32,000 nt of DNA from Methylorubrum extorquens (GCA_900234795.1 LT962688.1:3090001-3122000), one strand, 5' to 3'. Shown: positions 18,583 to 27,044, counted from the stretch's first letter. The notes: generated by a model from the letters alone, not told the origin. A program made the numbers and translations.

Positions 18583-18739
18583 CCCTCACACACTCATCGA
18601 CGGCATCACGGCCAATAAACGCGGGCCGGTTCGCGATCACGATCCGGCCGGCGGAAGATTCGCCCGGCTCGAACCCGTTTCGAACAAAGCTGGCTGGATT
18701 CGGTACGGCCGGCGAGCCTTGCCGGTCATTGCGGTGTTC

Positions 18740-18913
18740 CTACGGCGGCGACGTTTCCAGCGTGTTGCTGCCGGTCGGCGCGCCCTGCGACTGATAGAGG
18801 CGCACCACGTCGCGAAACGACGCATCGACCGGCGTCACCGGAAGCGTGAGACGCAGACTCAAGCCCAGGACACCGGACATCACGGCGAGCAGCAGGCAAG
18901 TTCCCAGACGCAT
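18740..18913 (-). CDS. Candidate small exported protein (57 aa) upstream of mdtA
   Basis: The ATG at 18913 gives MRLGTCLLLAVMSGVLGLSLRLTLPVTPVDASFRDVVRLYQSQGAPTGSNTLETSPP, with a signal-peptide-like N-terminus. My hand count puts GC3 near 80% in this frame, against about 50% in the overlapping 18726..18968 frame. The SD is weak (GGCGGA). Confidence 0.35.
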   Translation of the reverse strand: MRLGTCLLLAVMSGVLGLSLRLTLPVTPVDASFRDVVRLYQSQGAPTGSNTLETSPP

Positions 18914-18965
18914 GATCCGCCGAAGGTGAAGGGGCCGCCGCAGGAGCGTGCGCCGCCCGATCGGA

Positions 18966-19006
18966 CATGAAAAAGGCCGCCGTGTCGAGCGGCGGCCTTT
19001 TTCATG
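18966..19006. terminator. Perfect 41-bp palindrome, a bidirectional intrinsic-terminator-like hairpin
   Basis: In catgaaaaaggccgccg tgtcgag cggcggcctttttcatg, an 8-bp G/C stem (18975-18982 with 18990-18997) closes a 7-nt loop. It is flanked by A5 on one side and T5 on the other, so either strand reads stem plus a U5 tract. Confidence 0.6.
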
Positions 19007-19350
19007 AAGCACGACCGGACCGGCCTGCCACTCCCAAGAAACGAGGGGGCGAAGTCCCTTGAGTGCGGCGGCCGGTCCGACCGTGGGGTGAACATGCGCT
19101 TACGACTGATGATCGTCAACATTCGTCACCCCGGGGACACCGCGCAAAAACGGGATTTCGCGGTTCATCCGCAGGCTCGTGTGCGTGAGCGCACGTTGCG
19201 CAGGCGATGCCGCACCGTTCTCGCCAAGGTTCGACAAGACGCCTCTTGTCTTCGCAGGCGGTGATACCAACCGCGGCCGCGTTCTCTTCTCCATTCAATC
19301 TTGCGTAGAGGCACTTGGAGTGGGGCGGTCGCTCTGCAAAGACATCGCGC

Positions 19351-20535
19351 ATGAGTCTTGCCGCGAATCGCATCCCCCCGCTCACCGGCCATCCCGTCTT
19401 CGCCGAGTTGCCGGAAACCGTGTTCGAAGCGATGTCGCGGCTTGCGCGGCAGCATGGGGCGATCAATCTCGGCCAGGGCTTTCCCGACGGTCAGGGGCCC
19501 GACGACGTGCGCGCCGCCGCCGCGCGGGCGCTGGAGAGCGTCAGCAACCAGTACCCGCCGATGATGGGGCTGCCCTCGCTCCGCTCGGCCATCGCCACGC
19601 ATTACAGGCACCACCAGGGTCTCGACCTCAATCCGGAGCGCGAGGTGATGGTGACCTCGGGCGCGACCGAGGCGCTGGCCGGCGCGCTGATGGCGCTGGT
19701 TCGGCCGGGCGACGAGGTCGTGCTGTTCGAGCCGATGTACGACGCCTACCTGCCGCTGGTGCGGCGCGCCGGCGGAGTGCCGCGCTTCGTCACGCTCAAG
19801 CCACCGCATTTCCGGATCGAGGAGGCGGCGTTGGCCGACGCGTTCTCCGAACGCACCCGGATCGTCCTGCTCAACAACCCGCTCAACCCGAGCGCCACCG
19901 TCTTCGAGGAGGACGACCTCGCCCTGCTCGCGGCGTTCTGCCGGCGCTTCGACGCAGTGGCGGTCTGCGACGAGGTGTGGGAGCACGTGATCTTCGATGG
20001 CCGGCGCCATCGGCCGCTGATGGCGCAGCCGGGCATGCGCGAGCGGACGGTGAAGATCGGCTCGGCCGGCAAGATCTTCAGCCTGACCGGCTGGAAGGTT
20101 GGCTTCGTGATGGCGGACGAGCCGCTGATGCGGGTGCTGTCACGGGCGCACCAGTTCCTCACCTTCACCACGCCGCCGAACCTTCAGGAGGCGGTCGCCT
20201 ACGGCCTGGCCAAGGACGACGCGTACTTCGAGGATATGCGGGCTGACCTCGCCCGCTCCCGCGACCGGCTGGCGGCGGGGCTGTCACGCATCGGGTTCAC
20301 CGTACTGCCGAGTGCGGGCACCTACTTCCTCAGCGTCGACATCGCGGGGGTCGCCGCCGACGACGTCGCCTTCTGCAAGCGGATCGTGTCCGAGCACGGC
20401 GTCGCGGCCATTCCCGTCAGCGCCTTCTACGAGGGAGGCAGCGTGAACAACCTCGTGCGCTTCTGCTTCGCCAAGACGGACGCCACCCTCGACGCGGCAG
20501 TCGAACGCTTGGCGGGATTATTTCCTGGGACGTGA
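19351..20535 (+). CDS. Pyridoxal-phosphate-dependent aminotransferase, class I (YbdL / kynurenine-oxoglutarate transaminase-like)
   Basis: ORF 19315..20535. I prefer the ATG at 19351 (MSLAANRIPPLTGHPVFAELPETVF). It has INLGQGFPD, NNPLNPS, and the PLP-lysine region IGSAGKIFSLTGWKVGF. Confidence 0.85.
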   Translation: MSLAANRIPPLTGHPVFAELPETVFEAMSRLARQHGAINLGQGFPDGQGPDDVRAAAARALESVSNQYPPMMGLPSLRSAIATHYRHHQGLDLNPEREVMVTSGATEALAGALMALVRPGDEVVLFEPMYDAYLPLVRRAGGVPRFVTLKPPHFRIEEAALADAFSERTRIVLLNNPLNPSATVFEEDDLALLAAFCRRFDAVAVCDEVWEHVIFDGRRHRPLMAQPGMRERTVKIGSAGKIFSLTGWKVGFVMADEPLMRVLSRAHQFLTFTTPPNLQEAVAYGLAKDDAYFEDMRADLARSRDRLAAGLSRIGFTVLPSAGTYFLSVDIAGVAADDVAFCKRIVSEHGVAAIPVSAFYEGGSVNNLVRFCFAKTDATLDAAVERLAGLFPGT

Positions 20536-20591
20536 ACGACCGCGCGGTCCGCTTCCTTGTGCAGCGGTTGGGCCGGGGCCACATCCTCGTT

Positions 20592-21056
20592 ATGAGCACC
20601 TCCGTTCACACCACCAGCACGGCCTATCGCGAGTCCGCGGGCGCGGCGCAGCTGCGCCGCCTCACCGATACCAGCACCGAGGCGAGCCTCCTGCGGCTCG
20701 AGCAGCTCGCCCACCTGATGGACTCGGCGATCCTCCTGCCGGGCATCAACCGCCGCGTCGGCCTCGACGCGGTGATCGGTCTCGTTCCCATCCTCGGCGA
20801 CATCGCGGGCATGGCGATCGCCTCGTACATCGTCTACGAGGCGAAGCGGCTCGGCGCACCGCGCTGGCTGGTTTGGCGCATGATGGGCAACGTCGCCATC
20901 GACGGCGCGGTGGGCTCGGTGCCGTTGGCCGGCGACCTGCTCGACGCGGCCTTCAAGGCGAACTGCCGCAACGTGCGCCTTCTGCGTCGCCATCTGGAGC
21001 GCAAGGGCGCGCTGCGGCCGAGCGAGATCGAGGGCACCGCAACCCGGCTCGACTGA
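20592..21056 (+). CDS. DUF4112 domain membrane protein
   Basis: ORF 20532..21056, with the ATG at 20592 preferred. The core ILLPGINRRVGLDAVIGLVPILGDIAGMAIASYIVYEAKRLGAP...DGAVGSVPLAGDLLDAAFKAN matches my memory of the DUF4112 signature. Confidence 0.7.
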   Translation: MSTSVHTTSTAYRESAGAAQLRRLTDTSTEASLLRLEQLAHLMDSAILLPGINRRVGLDAVIGLVPILGDIAGMAIASYIVYEAKRLGAPRWLVWRMMGNVAIDGAVGSVPLAGDLLDAAFKANCRNVRLLRRHLERKGALRPSEIEGTATRLD

Positions 21057-21093
21057 GCCGGCATCGGCCGCCCGAGTGTGAGGGTTGGAGCCG

Positions 21094-22296
21094 ATGAACG
21101 AGCACCTGCGACCCGAACTCGATGCGGTGCCCGTCACCGCACCGGGCAACGCGCCGCAGATGCGAGTCCTGCCGACCGCCACCCACCGCGGGATCTCGCC
21201 GCTCAACCGGCGGCGGCTCGCGAACTTCCGGGCCAACCGACGCGGCTATTGGTCGGCGGTGATCTTCACCGTGCTGTTCGTGCTGAGCCTGTTCGCCGAA
21301 CTCATCGCCAACGATCGCCCGATCGTGATGCAGTACAAGGGCGAGTGGCTGTTCCCCGTCCTGGTCGATTACCCGGACGAGAAGTTCGGCGGCTTCCTGG
21401 CTCAGACCGATTACCGGGCGCCCGAGACGCGCAAGGAGATCGAGGAGAACGGCTGGGTGCTCTGGCCGCCGATCCCTTACGCCGACAACACCTTCATGCG
21501 GGACCTGCCGACCCCGGCCCCCTCGCCGCCGACCTGGATGCTGAGCGACGCCGAATGCCGCCCGGTCGCCGAGCGTGCTGGCGTCAAAGCCGAAGGGCGC
21601 GAACTCGGTTGCCGTGACATCGAGTGGCACTGGCTCGGCACCGACAACGCCACGCGGGACGTGCTGGCGCGCGTCATCTACGGTTTCCGCATCTCGATCC
21701 TGTTCGGCCTCGTGCTCGCCGGCGTCTCGTCGGTCATCGGCGTGATCGCGGGGGCGGTGCAGGGCTATTTCGGCGGCTGGACCGACCTGATCTTCCAGCG
21801 GATCATCGAGATCTGGGGCGCGATCCCGACGCTCTACCTCATCATCATCATGTCAGCCTTCCTCGTGCCGAGCTTCTTCACCCTGCTCGGCATTCTGACG
21901 CTGTTCTCGTGGACCGCTCTGGTCGGCGTGGTGCGCGCGGAATTCCTGCGCGCGCGCAATTTCGAGTACGTTCGCGCAGCGAGGGCGCTGGGCCTGTCGA
22001 ACGTGCGCATCATGACGCGGCACCTCCTGCCCAACGCCATGGTGGCGACGCTGACCTTCCTGCCTTTCATCCTGAACGGCTCGGTCACGACCCTGACCTC
22101 GCTCGACTATCTCGGCTTCGGCCTGCCGCCCGGCTCCCCCTCGCTTGGCGAGCTGCTGGCCCAGGGCAAGGACAACATCAACGCGCCCTGGCTTGGGCTC
22201 ACCGGCTTCTTCGTGGTGGCGACGATGCTGAGCCTGCTCGTCTTCGCGGGCGAGGCCGTGCGCGACGCGTTCGACCCGCGCAAGACCTTCGGCTGA
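21094..22296 (+). CDS. yejE: ABC transporter permease, YejE-like (peptide/microcin-C-type importer subunit)
   Basis: ORF 21085..22296; the start is TTG at 21085 or ATG at 21094. It is very similar to E. coli YejE as I remember it (NRRGYWS, ELIANDRP, WLGTD, VLARVIYGFRISILFGL, VVRAEFLRARNFEYVRAARALG, LPNAMVATLTFLPFIL, GEAVRDAFDPRK). Confidence 0.88.
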   Translation: MNEHLRPELDAVPVTAPGNAPQMRVLPTATHRGISPLNRRRLANFRANRRGYWSAVIFTVLFVLSLFAELIANDRPIVMQYKGEWLFPVLVDYPDEKFGGFLAQTDYRAPETRKEIEENGWVLWPPIPYADNTFMRDLPTPAPSPPTWMLSDAECRPVAERAGVKAEGRELGCRDIEWHWLGTDNATRDVLARVIYGFRISILFGLVLAGVSSVIGVIAGAVQGYFGGWTDLIFQRIIEIWGAIPTLYLIIIMSAFLVPSFFTLLGILTLFSWTALVGVVRAEFLRARNFEYVRAARALGLSNVRIMTRHLLPNAMVATLTFLPFILNGSVTTLTSLDYLGFGLPPGSPSLGELLAQGKDNINAPWLGLTGFFVVATMLSLLVFAGEAVRDAFDPRKTFG

Positions 22297-22302
22297 ACCG
22301 CG

Positions 22303-24540
22303 TCAGCGCCGCGCCTCGTCGCTGCCCGGCGGGCCGCGCCAGCCGGTTTCGACGGTGAAGCCGGCGCTGCGGGTGGCGATCGCGTCGCCGCCGACATGGG
22401 CGAGGTAGGTGCCGGCCTCCACCACCAGCGTACCATCCGGCTCGTGGTAGCCGAGGACGCGCGCCGGCACGCGGAAGCTCGCGACCCCGGTCTCGCCCGA
22501 GGCGAGATCGAGGAGCGCCACGCCCTTCAGCAGGCGCCTCGGCCGGCTGCGGCTCGCGACCGGCTGGCCGACATAGAGCTGCGCCACCGCCCGGCCCGGA
22601 CGCGTCCCATAGTTGGTGACGGAGGCGCGCACCTCCAGCATCGCGTCGTAGCGGTCCCCGACGCCGACATGCGGCGTCACGATCTCCGGCTCGCCATAGG
22701 CGAAGCGGGTGTAGGAGAGGCCGTAGCCGAATGGGAACAGCGGCAGCGGCGATTCGTCGGCATAGCCCATGGTCCACCGCGTGCCCGGGATATGCGGGCG
22801 CCCGCCCGGCAGGGTGTCGTAGGTCAGCGGCAATTGTCCGACTGTGCGCGGCCAGGAAACCGGCAGCCGGCCCGACGGGTTGGCGTCCCCGAACAGCGTC
22901 TCGGCCACGGCCGGCCCGCCCTCGGTGCCCGGAAGCCACGCCATCAGCACCGCCTGCGCCTGTCCTAACGCATCCCCGAGTTCGGTCGGGCGCCCGCCGA
23001 CCACGACGAGCGCAACAGGCTTGCCGGCCTCGGCGACCGCCGCGAGCAGATCATGTTGCAGGCCGGGCCAGGAGAGGGTGGCGCTCGATGAGCCCTCGCC
23101 GGAACGGTCCCGCGGCTCGCCCATCACCGCCACGACGAGGTCGGCCCCTGCCGCCGCCTCGACCGCGGCGGCAAAACCCGCGCGGCTGTCGCAGACACGC
23201 GAACAGCCCGGCGCGAAATCGATCGCGACACCGGCGGCGGCGGCGCGCTCGCGCAGGCCCGCCAGGATCGTCACCGCGTCCCATTCCTGCCCCGTGCCCT
23301 CATGCGGCCCGACCTGATCCCAGGCGGAATCGGCGAAGGGACCGACGACGGCGATGCGGCGCACCTTGGCCGGAGCGATCGGCAGCAGATCCTCGCGGTT
23401 CTGCAGCAGGACGAGGCTCGCCCGCGCCGCCTCGCGGGCGAGCCGCCGGGTCTCGGGGCGCAGAAGTTTCTCCTCCGCGCCGTCCGGATCGACCACGGGG
23501 CGGTCGAACAGGCCGAGCCCGAATTTGAGCCGCAGCACCCGGCGCACCGCTGCATCGACCAAGCCTTCGGGAACGCGCCCGGCGCGCACCTCCGCGGGCA
23601 GATGGCGGAGAAACAGCCCGCTCGTCATATCCATGTCGACACCCGCCGCCAGCGCCTTGCGCGCGGCCTCCGCGCCGTCGTGGGCGACGCCGTGCTTCAT
23701 CAGGCTGGCGATCGCCTGCCAATCGGCCACGACAAGGCCGGAAAAGCCCATCTGCCGCCGCAGCAGGCCCGTCATCAGTGCCGGGTCGGCGGTGGCGGGC
23801 AGGCCGTTCAGGGCGGTCAAAGCCGTCATCACCGCGTCGGCGCCGGCCCGGATGCCGTCACGGAACGGCGGCAGGTGGAGGTCGTGCAATTCGGTGGGTG
23901 CCACGAAGGTGGCGTCGTAGTCGCGCCCGCCAAGCACCGCGCTGTAGCCCGCGAAATGCTTTAGCGTGCTCGCGAGCCCGCCATCGCGAAAGCCCTCGAC
24001 CTGCGCAGCGGTGAGCCGCCCCGTCAGCCACGGATCTTCGCCCAAGCCCTCGACCACCCGGCCCCAGCGCAGGTCGCGGGCGACATCCGCCATCGGCGAG
24101 AAGGTCCAGTTGAGGCCGACCATCGCCGATTCGCGAGCCTGGGCGGCGGCGGCACGGCGCACGAGCCCGGCATCGAAGCTCGCGGCCATGGCGAGCGGCA
24201 GGGGGAAGATGGTGCGGTAGCCGTGGACGATGTCGAGGCCGACGAGCAGCGGGATCCCGAGCCGCGACGCGCGGGCGAGCCGGTCGGCCTGCGCCACGAG
24301 ACCGGCATTGTTGAAGTTGATGACTGCCCCGACCTCGCCGCGGCGGAAGCTTTCGAGATCGAGGATCGGCTCATGCGAGATCAGGTTGAGCTGGCCCGCC
24401 TTCTCCTCCAGCGTCATCCGGGCGAGCAGCGCCTCGATCCGGCTTTCGACCGGCTCCACGGCGCTGGCCGGAGCGCCGAGGACGACGGCCCAGGCTGCGG
24501 CACCGCGGATGATCCACCGAGCCAGCCGTCGCATCGTCAC
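22303..24540 (-). CDS. bglX: Periplasmic beta-glucosidase, glycoside hydrolase family 3
   Basis: The 745-aa ORF has a signal peptide (MTMRRLARWIIRGAAAWAVVLGAPASA), then MTLEEKAGQL and the GH3 nucleophile region FSGLVVADW. Its stop lies 6 nt from the convergent yejE stop. Confidence 0.9.
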   Translation of the reverse strand: MTMRRLARWIIRGAAAWAVVLGAPASAVEPVESRIEALLARMTLEEKAGQLNLISHEPILDLESFRRGEVGAVINFNNAGLVAQADRLARASRLGIPLLVGLDIVHGYRTIFPLPLAMAASFDAGLVRRAAAAQARESAMVGLNWTFSPMADVARDLRWGRVVEGLGEDPWLTGRLTAAQVEGFRDGGLASTLKHFAGYSAVLGGRDYDATFVAPTELHDLHLPPFRDGIRAGADAVMTALTALNGLPATADPALMTGLLRRQMGFSGLVVADWQAIASLMKHGVAHDGAEAARKALAAGVDMDMTSGLFLRHLPAEVRAGRVPEGLVDAAVRRVLRLKFGLGLFDRPVVDPDGAEEKLLRPETRRLAREAARASLVLLQNREDLLPIAPAKVRRIAVVGPFADSAWDQVGPHEGTGQEWDAVTILAGLRERAAAAGVAIDFAPGCSRVCDSRAGFAAAVEAAAGADLVVAVMGEPRDRSGEGSSSATLSWPGLQHDLLAAVAEAGKPVALVVVGGRPTELGDALGQAQAVLMAWLPGTEGGPAVAETLFGDANPSGRLPVSWPRTVGQLPLTYDTLPGGRPHIPGTRWTMGYADESPLPLFPFGYGLSYTRFAYGEPEIVTPHVGVGDRYDAMLEVRASVTNYGTRPGRAVAQLYVGQPVASRSRPRRLLKGVALLDLASGETGVASFRVPARVLGYHEPDGTLVVEAGTYLAHVGGDAIATRSAGFTVETGWRGPPGSDEARR

Positions 24541-24667
24541 CGCCTCCCCGGAGCGGTTTCCACCGCCCTCTCTTACGGGGCGTGACGATGCCTCACGAAG
24601 GGGCGTGCCGTCGATGGAGCACGGTCGGGCTTTTGATCGGCGGCAGGCAGATCGATGTGGACGGCGG

Positions 24668-25885
24668 TCACGGCGACCGCGTCCGGCTCCGCCGGCCCGC
24701 GTTGATGCGAAGGCCGGTGCTCGGGTCCGCCGCTTCGGCGAAGGGAAGACGATCCTCGCCGGCGGCGACCACCCGGTCGCGTCCGGCGTGCTTGGCTTGA
24801 TACAGGGCGTCGTCGGCCCGGCGCAGCAGGTAATCCAGGCTGCCGCCGATCTGGCTTTCGGCCGCCACGCCGACGCTCACGCGAATCGCCAGCTCCGGGT
24901 AATCCGGGTGCGCGAAGCGGGCGATTGCGGCCCGGACGTCCTCGGCGATGCGCATGGCCGCCCGCTCGTCGAGCCGCGGCAGCAGGCATGCGAACTCCTC
25001 GCCGCCCATCCGCCCGAACACCGCCCCAGGCGGCAGCAAGGGGTCCGCGACATGGCAGAAAGCGGCCAGCACCGCGTCGCCGACGCTATGACCGTAGCGG
25101 TCGTTGACCGCCTTGAAGTGGTCGAGGTCGAACAGGAGCAGGGCAGCCGGTGCAACGGCGAGGTGACGCTCGGCGCCCGCGACCATCGCACGGCGGTTGG
25201 CGATGCCCGTGAGCGAATCGGTCTCGGCCGCCAGCCGCTGCTCACGCTCCGCCCGCTCCTTCGTCAGCGCCATGAACACGAAGGCGATCGCGACCGAGAA
25301 CAGCGTTCCGGCAAAGCAGAGGATGGCGAACCACGGGGAGGCGATCGCGACGGAGGCCGGGATCGGCATGGTGAAGGCCAGCGGCAGGCGGATCCAGTAG
25401 AGGCCGGCATAGGTGGCAAGCAGCACCAGCGCCGGATAGCGGGAGACCAGGGGCTCGTCGCGGCCCTGCCAGATCGTCAGCGCGCCGGAGGCGCAGTAGA
25501 GCCCCGCGAGCGTCGAGGCGAGGCTGACGCGGGCGGCGAGCGATTCGAAGAAGGGGGGAATCAAGCAGGCCGCGATCCAGAGCGCCCCACCGCCCACGGC
25601 CCAGCCGAGCCGCAACGAGCGGCCCTCGAAGGCCCGCACCCCGCTCCAGATCAAGCCATAGCCGCCGATCATCATCGCGTTGGCGAGGCCGATGGACAGG
25701 CTGTCCGGGATCTGGCCGCGCAGAGCCAGCATCAGCGAAGCAACACTGCCGACGATATGGGCGATGCCCCAGACCGCCAGCGCACGCTCGCGGCGGGTCT
25801 GGCTCCACGACAACAGGAACAGCACGCCCACCATGAAGGTGACGGCGACCGTCATCAGAAAGAGCGTCGGGAGATCGAGGCGCAT
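24668..25885 (-). CDS. Membrane-bound diguanylate cyclase (multi-TM N-terminal domain plus GGDEF)
   Basis: The 405-aa ORF has about 6-7 hydrophobic helices, then DSLTGIANRR...FDLDHFKAVNDRYGHSVGD...RMGGEEFACLLP...ALYQAKHAGRDRV. I see no RxxD I-site immediately upstream of GGEEF. Confidence 0.88.
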   Translation of the reverse strand: MRLDLPTLFLMTVAVTFMVGVLFLLSWSQTRRERALAVWGIAHIVGSVASLMLALRGQIPDSLSIGLANAMMIGGYGLIWSGVRAFEGRSLRLGWAVGGGALWIAACLIPPFFESLAARVSLASTLAGLYCASGALTIWQGRDEPLVSRYPALVLLATYAGLYWIRLPLAFTMPIPASVAIASPWFAILCFAGTLFSVAIAFVFMALTKERAEREQRLAAETDSLTGIANRRAMVAGAERHLAVAPAALLLFDLDHFKAVNDRYGHSVGDAVLAAFCHVADPLLPPGAVFGRMGGEEFACLLPRLDERAAMRIAEDVRAAIARFAHPDYPELAIRVSVGVAAESQIGGSLDYLLRRADDALYQAKHAGRDRVVAAGEDRLPFAEAADPSTGLRINAGRRSRTRSP

Positions 25886-25997
25886 CGTGTGTTTGGCACC
25901 GGCCCGATCGGACCGCTGCGCCGCCTCTCCTTCATCGTGGTGGCTTTAGAAATGGTCCGGGAACGACTTTGAAGTCAACAGCATCGCTGAACACTTA

Positions 25998-26026
25998 CGG
26001 CAACGACTTATAAAATTCCGTTGCCG
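25998..26026 (-). terminator. Stem-loop 30 nt downstream of the xerD stop, a weak terminator candidate
   Basis: In cggcaacg acttataaaattc cgttgccg there is an 8-bp stem and a 13-nt AT-rich loop in a locally low-GC spacer. No U-tract follows on the minus strand. Confidence 0.3.
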
Positions 26027-26055
26027 AACCGACCAACAAATGAACAACGTATGCT

Positions 26056-27044
26056 TCAATACGGTTCGTCAGAAGAAACACTGCTCGCCTCGATCTGATC
26101 GCCCCGATCGTTGAGTGGGTGAAGATCGCGCACCATGCCTTTCAAACGTTCATCGAGGACGTGGGTATAGATCTGCGTCGTCGAGATATCGGCATGGCCC
26201 AGCAATTCTTGGACGATACGCAGATCCGCGCCGTTCTGGAGCAGATGGCTGGCGAAGGCGTGGCGCAGAACGTGCGGGCTCACCCGGTCGGTCCGCAGGC
26301 CGGCGGCGGCAGCGGCGGTCTTGAGGTCGCGGGCGAAGGCCTGCCGGGTGAGATGACCGCTCTCGCTCTCGGCGGGGAAATAGCCAGGACCCCTCGGCGG
26401 TCAGGTGCGCGACGTGGGTACGCATCGCCTCGCGCGCGAGGTCGGTGAGCGGCACGAGGCGCTCGCGACCGCCCTTGCCTTTTGACCACGAGGTAGCGCT
26501 CGCGGGTGGCCGCGGCCGAGCGCGGCAGGGCGACGAGTTCCGAAACGCGCAGGCCCGTGGCGTAGAGGAGCTCGAGCAGGCAGAGCATCCGCGCGGCCGT
26601 GCGGGCCTCCGCCCGGTCGTCGCCCGCCGCCTCGACCCGCTCGCGCGCCGTCGCGAGCAGGCGATCGACCTCCGCCACCGACAGGACCTTCGGCAAGCCC
26701 TTGGCGCGTCGGGGAGCTGCGACCGGCGCGGTCGGATCGGTTTCGGAATAGCCCTCCGCGTAGAGGAAGCGGTGGAAGCCGCGGATGCAGGAGAGGCGCC
26801 GGGCGGCCGAGGACGCCTTCAATCCGCGCGGCTCCAGGGAGGCGATGTAGGCGCGGACTTGCTCGGCCTGCGCCTCCTCCGGGTCGATCCCGCCTTGCGC
26901 GAGGTAGCCGAGGTAGTCGTCGAGATCGCGCCGATAGGCGGCCAGGGTGTTGGCCGCCGCACCGCGTTCGGCGGCGAGCATGTCGAGAAAGAGCTGACCC
27001 GGATCCTCCGCTCCGCCTGGGAGCGCGGAACCGTCCGCGCTCAT
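26056..27044 (-). pseudogene. xerD: Site-specific tyrosine recombinase XerD, interrupted by two +1 frameshifts as the sequence stands
   Basis: Three consecutive minus-strand frames join into one XerD.
- Frame A, from the ATG at 27044: MSADGS...NTLAAYRRDLDDYL...YATGLRVSELV...RYLVVK.
- Frame B: [35 protein letters not shown].
- Frame C: [18 protein letters not shown]...[41 protein letters not shown], ending at the stop at 26056.
- The frame switches fall at the T4 run 26480-26483 and the G4 run 26374-26377 (plus-strand coordinates). Confidence 0.85.

Noticed and set aside
15697-18618. A 973-aa plus-strand ORF antisense to the mdtB-like and mdtA-like genes
   Set aside because: The reasoning is the same. 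It spans two real genes and their junction on the other strand, and its composition (R, D, G, H runs) is not protein-like.
18655-18700. GGTTCGA/CTCGAACCC strings in the mdtA leader (also at about 435 and about 19228) as possible tRNA T-arms
   Set aside because: The flanking bases do not form a T-stem, and I could build no acceptor, D or anticodon arms around them. They are chance matches.
18726-19264. ORFs 18726..18968 (minus) and 19004..19264 (plus), which start at the ATGs flanking the 41-bp palindrome
   Set aside because: By hand count, GC3 for the minus-strand ORF (18726..18968) is only about 50%, against 80-90% in real genes here. Both products are Arg/Ala/Pro-rich and have no SD. The symmetric CATG ends of the palindrome create the start codons by accident.
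26056-27044. The tyrosine recombinase as a phage or island integrase marking a mobile element boundary
   Set aside because: The sequence matches chromosomal XerD ([40 protein letters not shown]) rather than phage integrases. There is no adjacent tRNA, no direct att-like repeat and no phage or IS gene, and the flanking genes are housekeeping.
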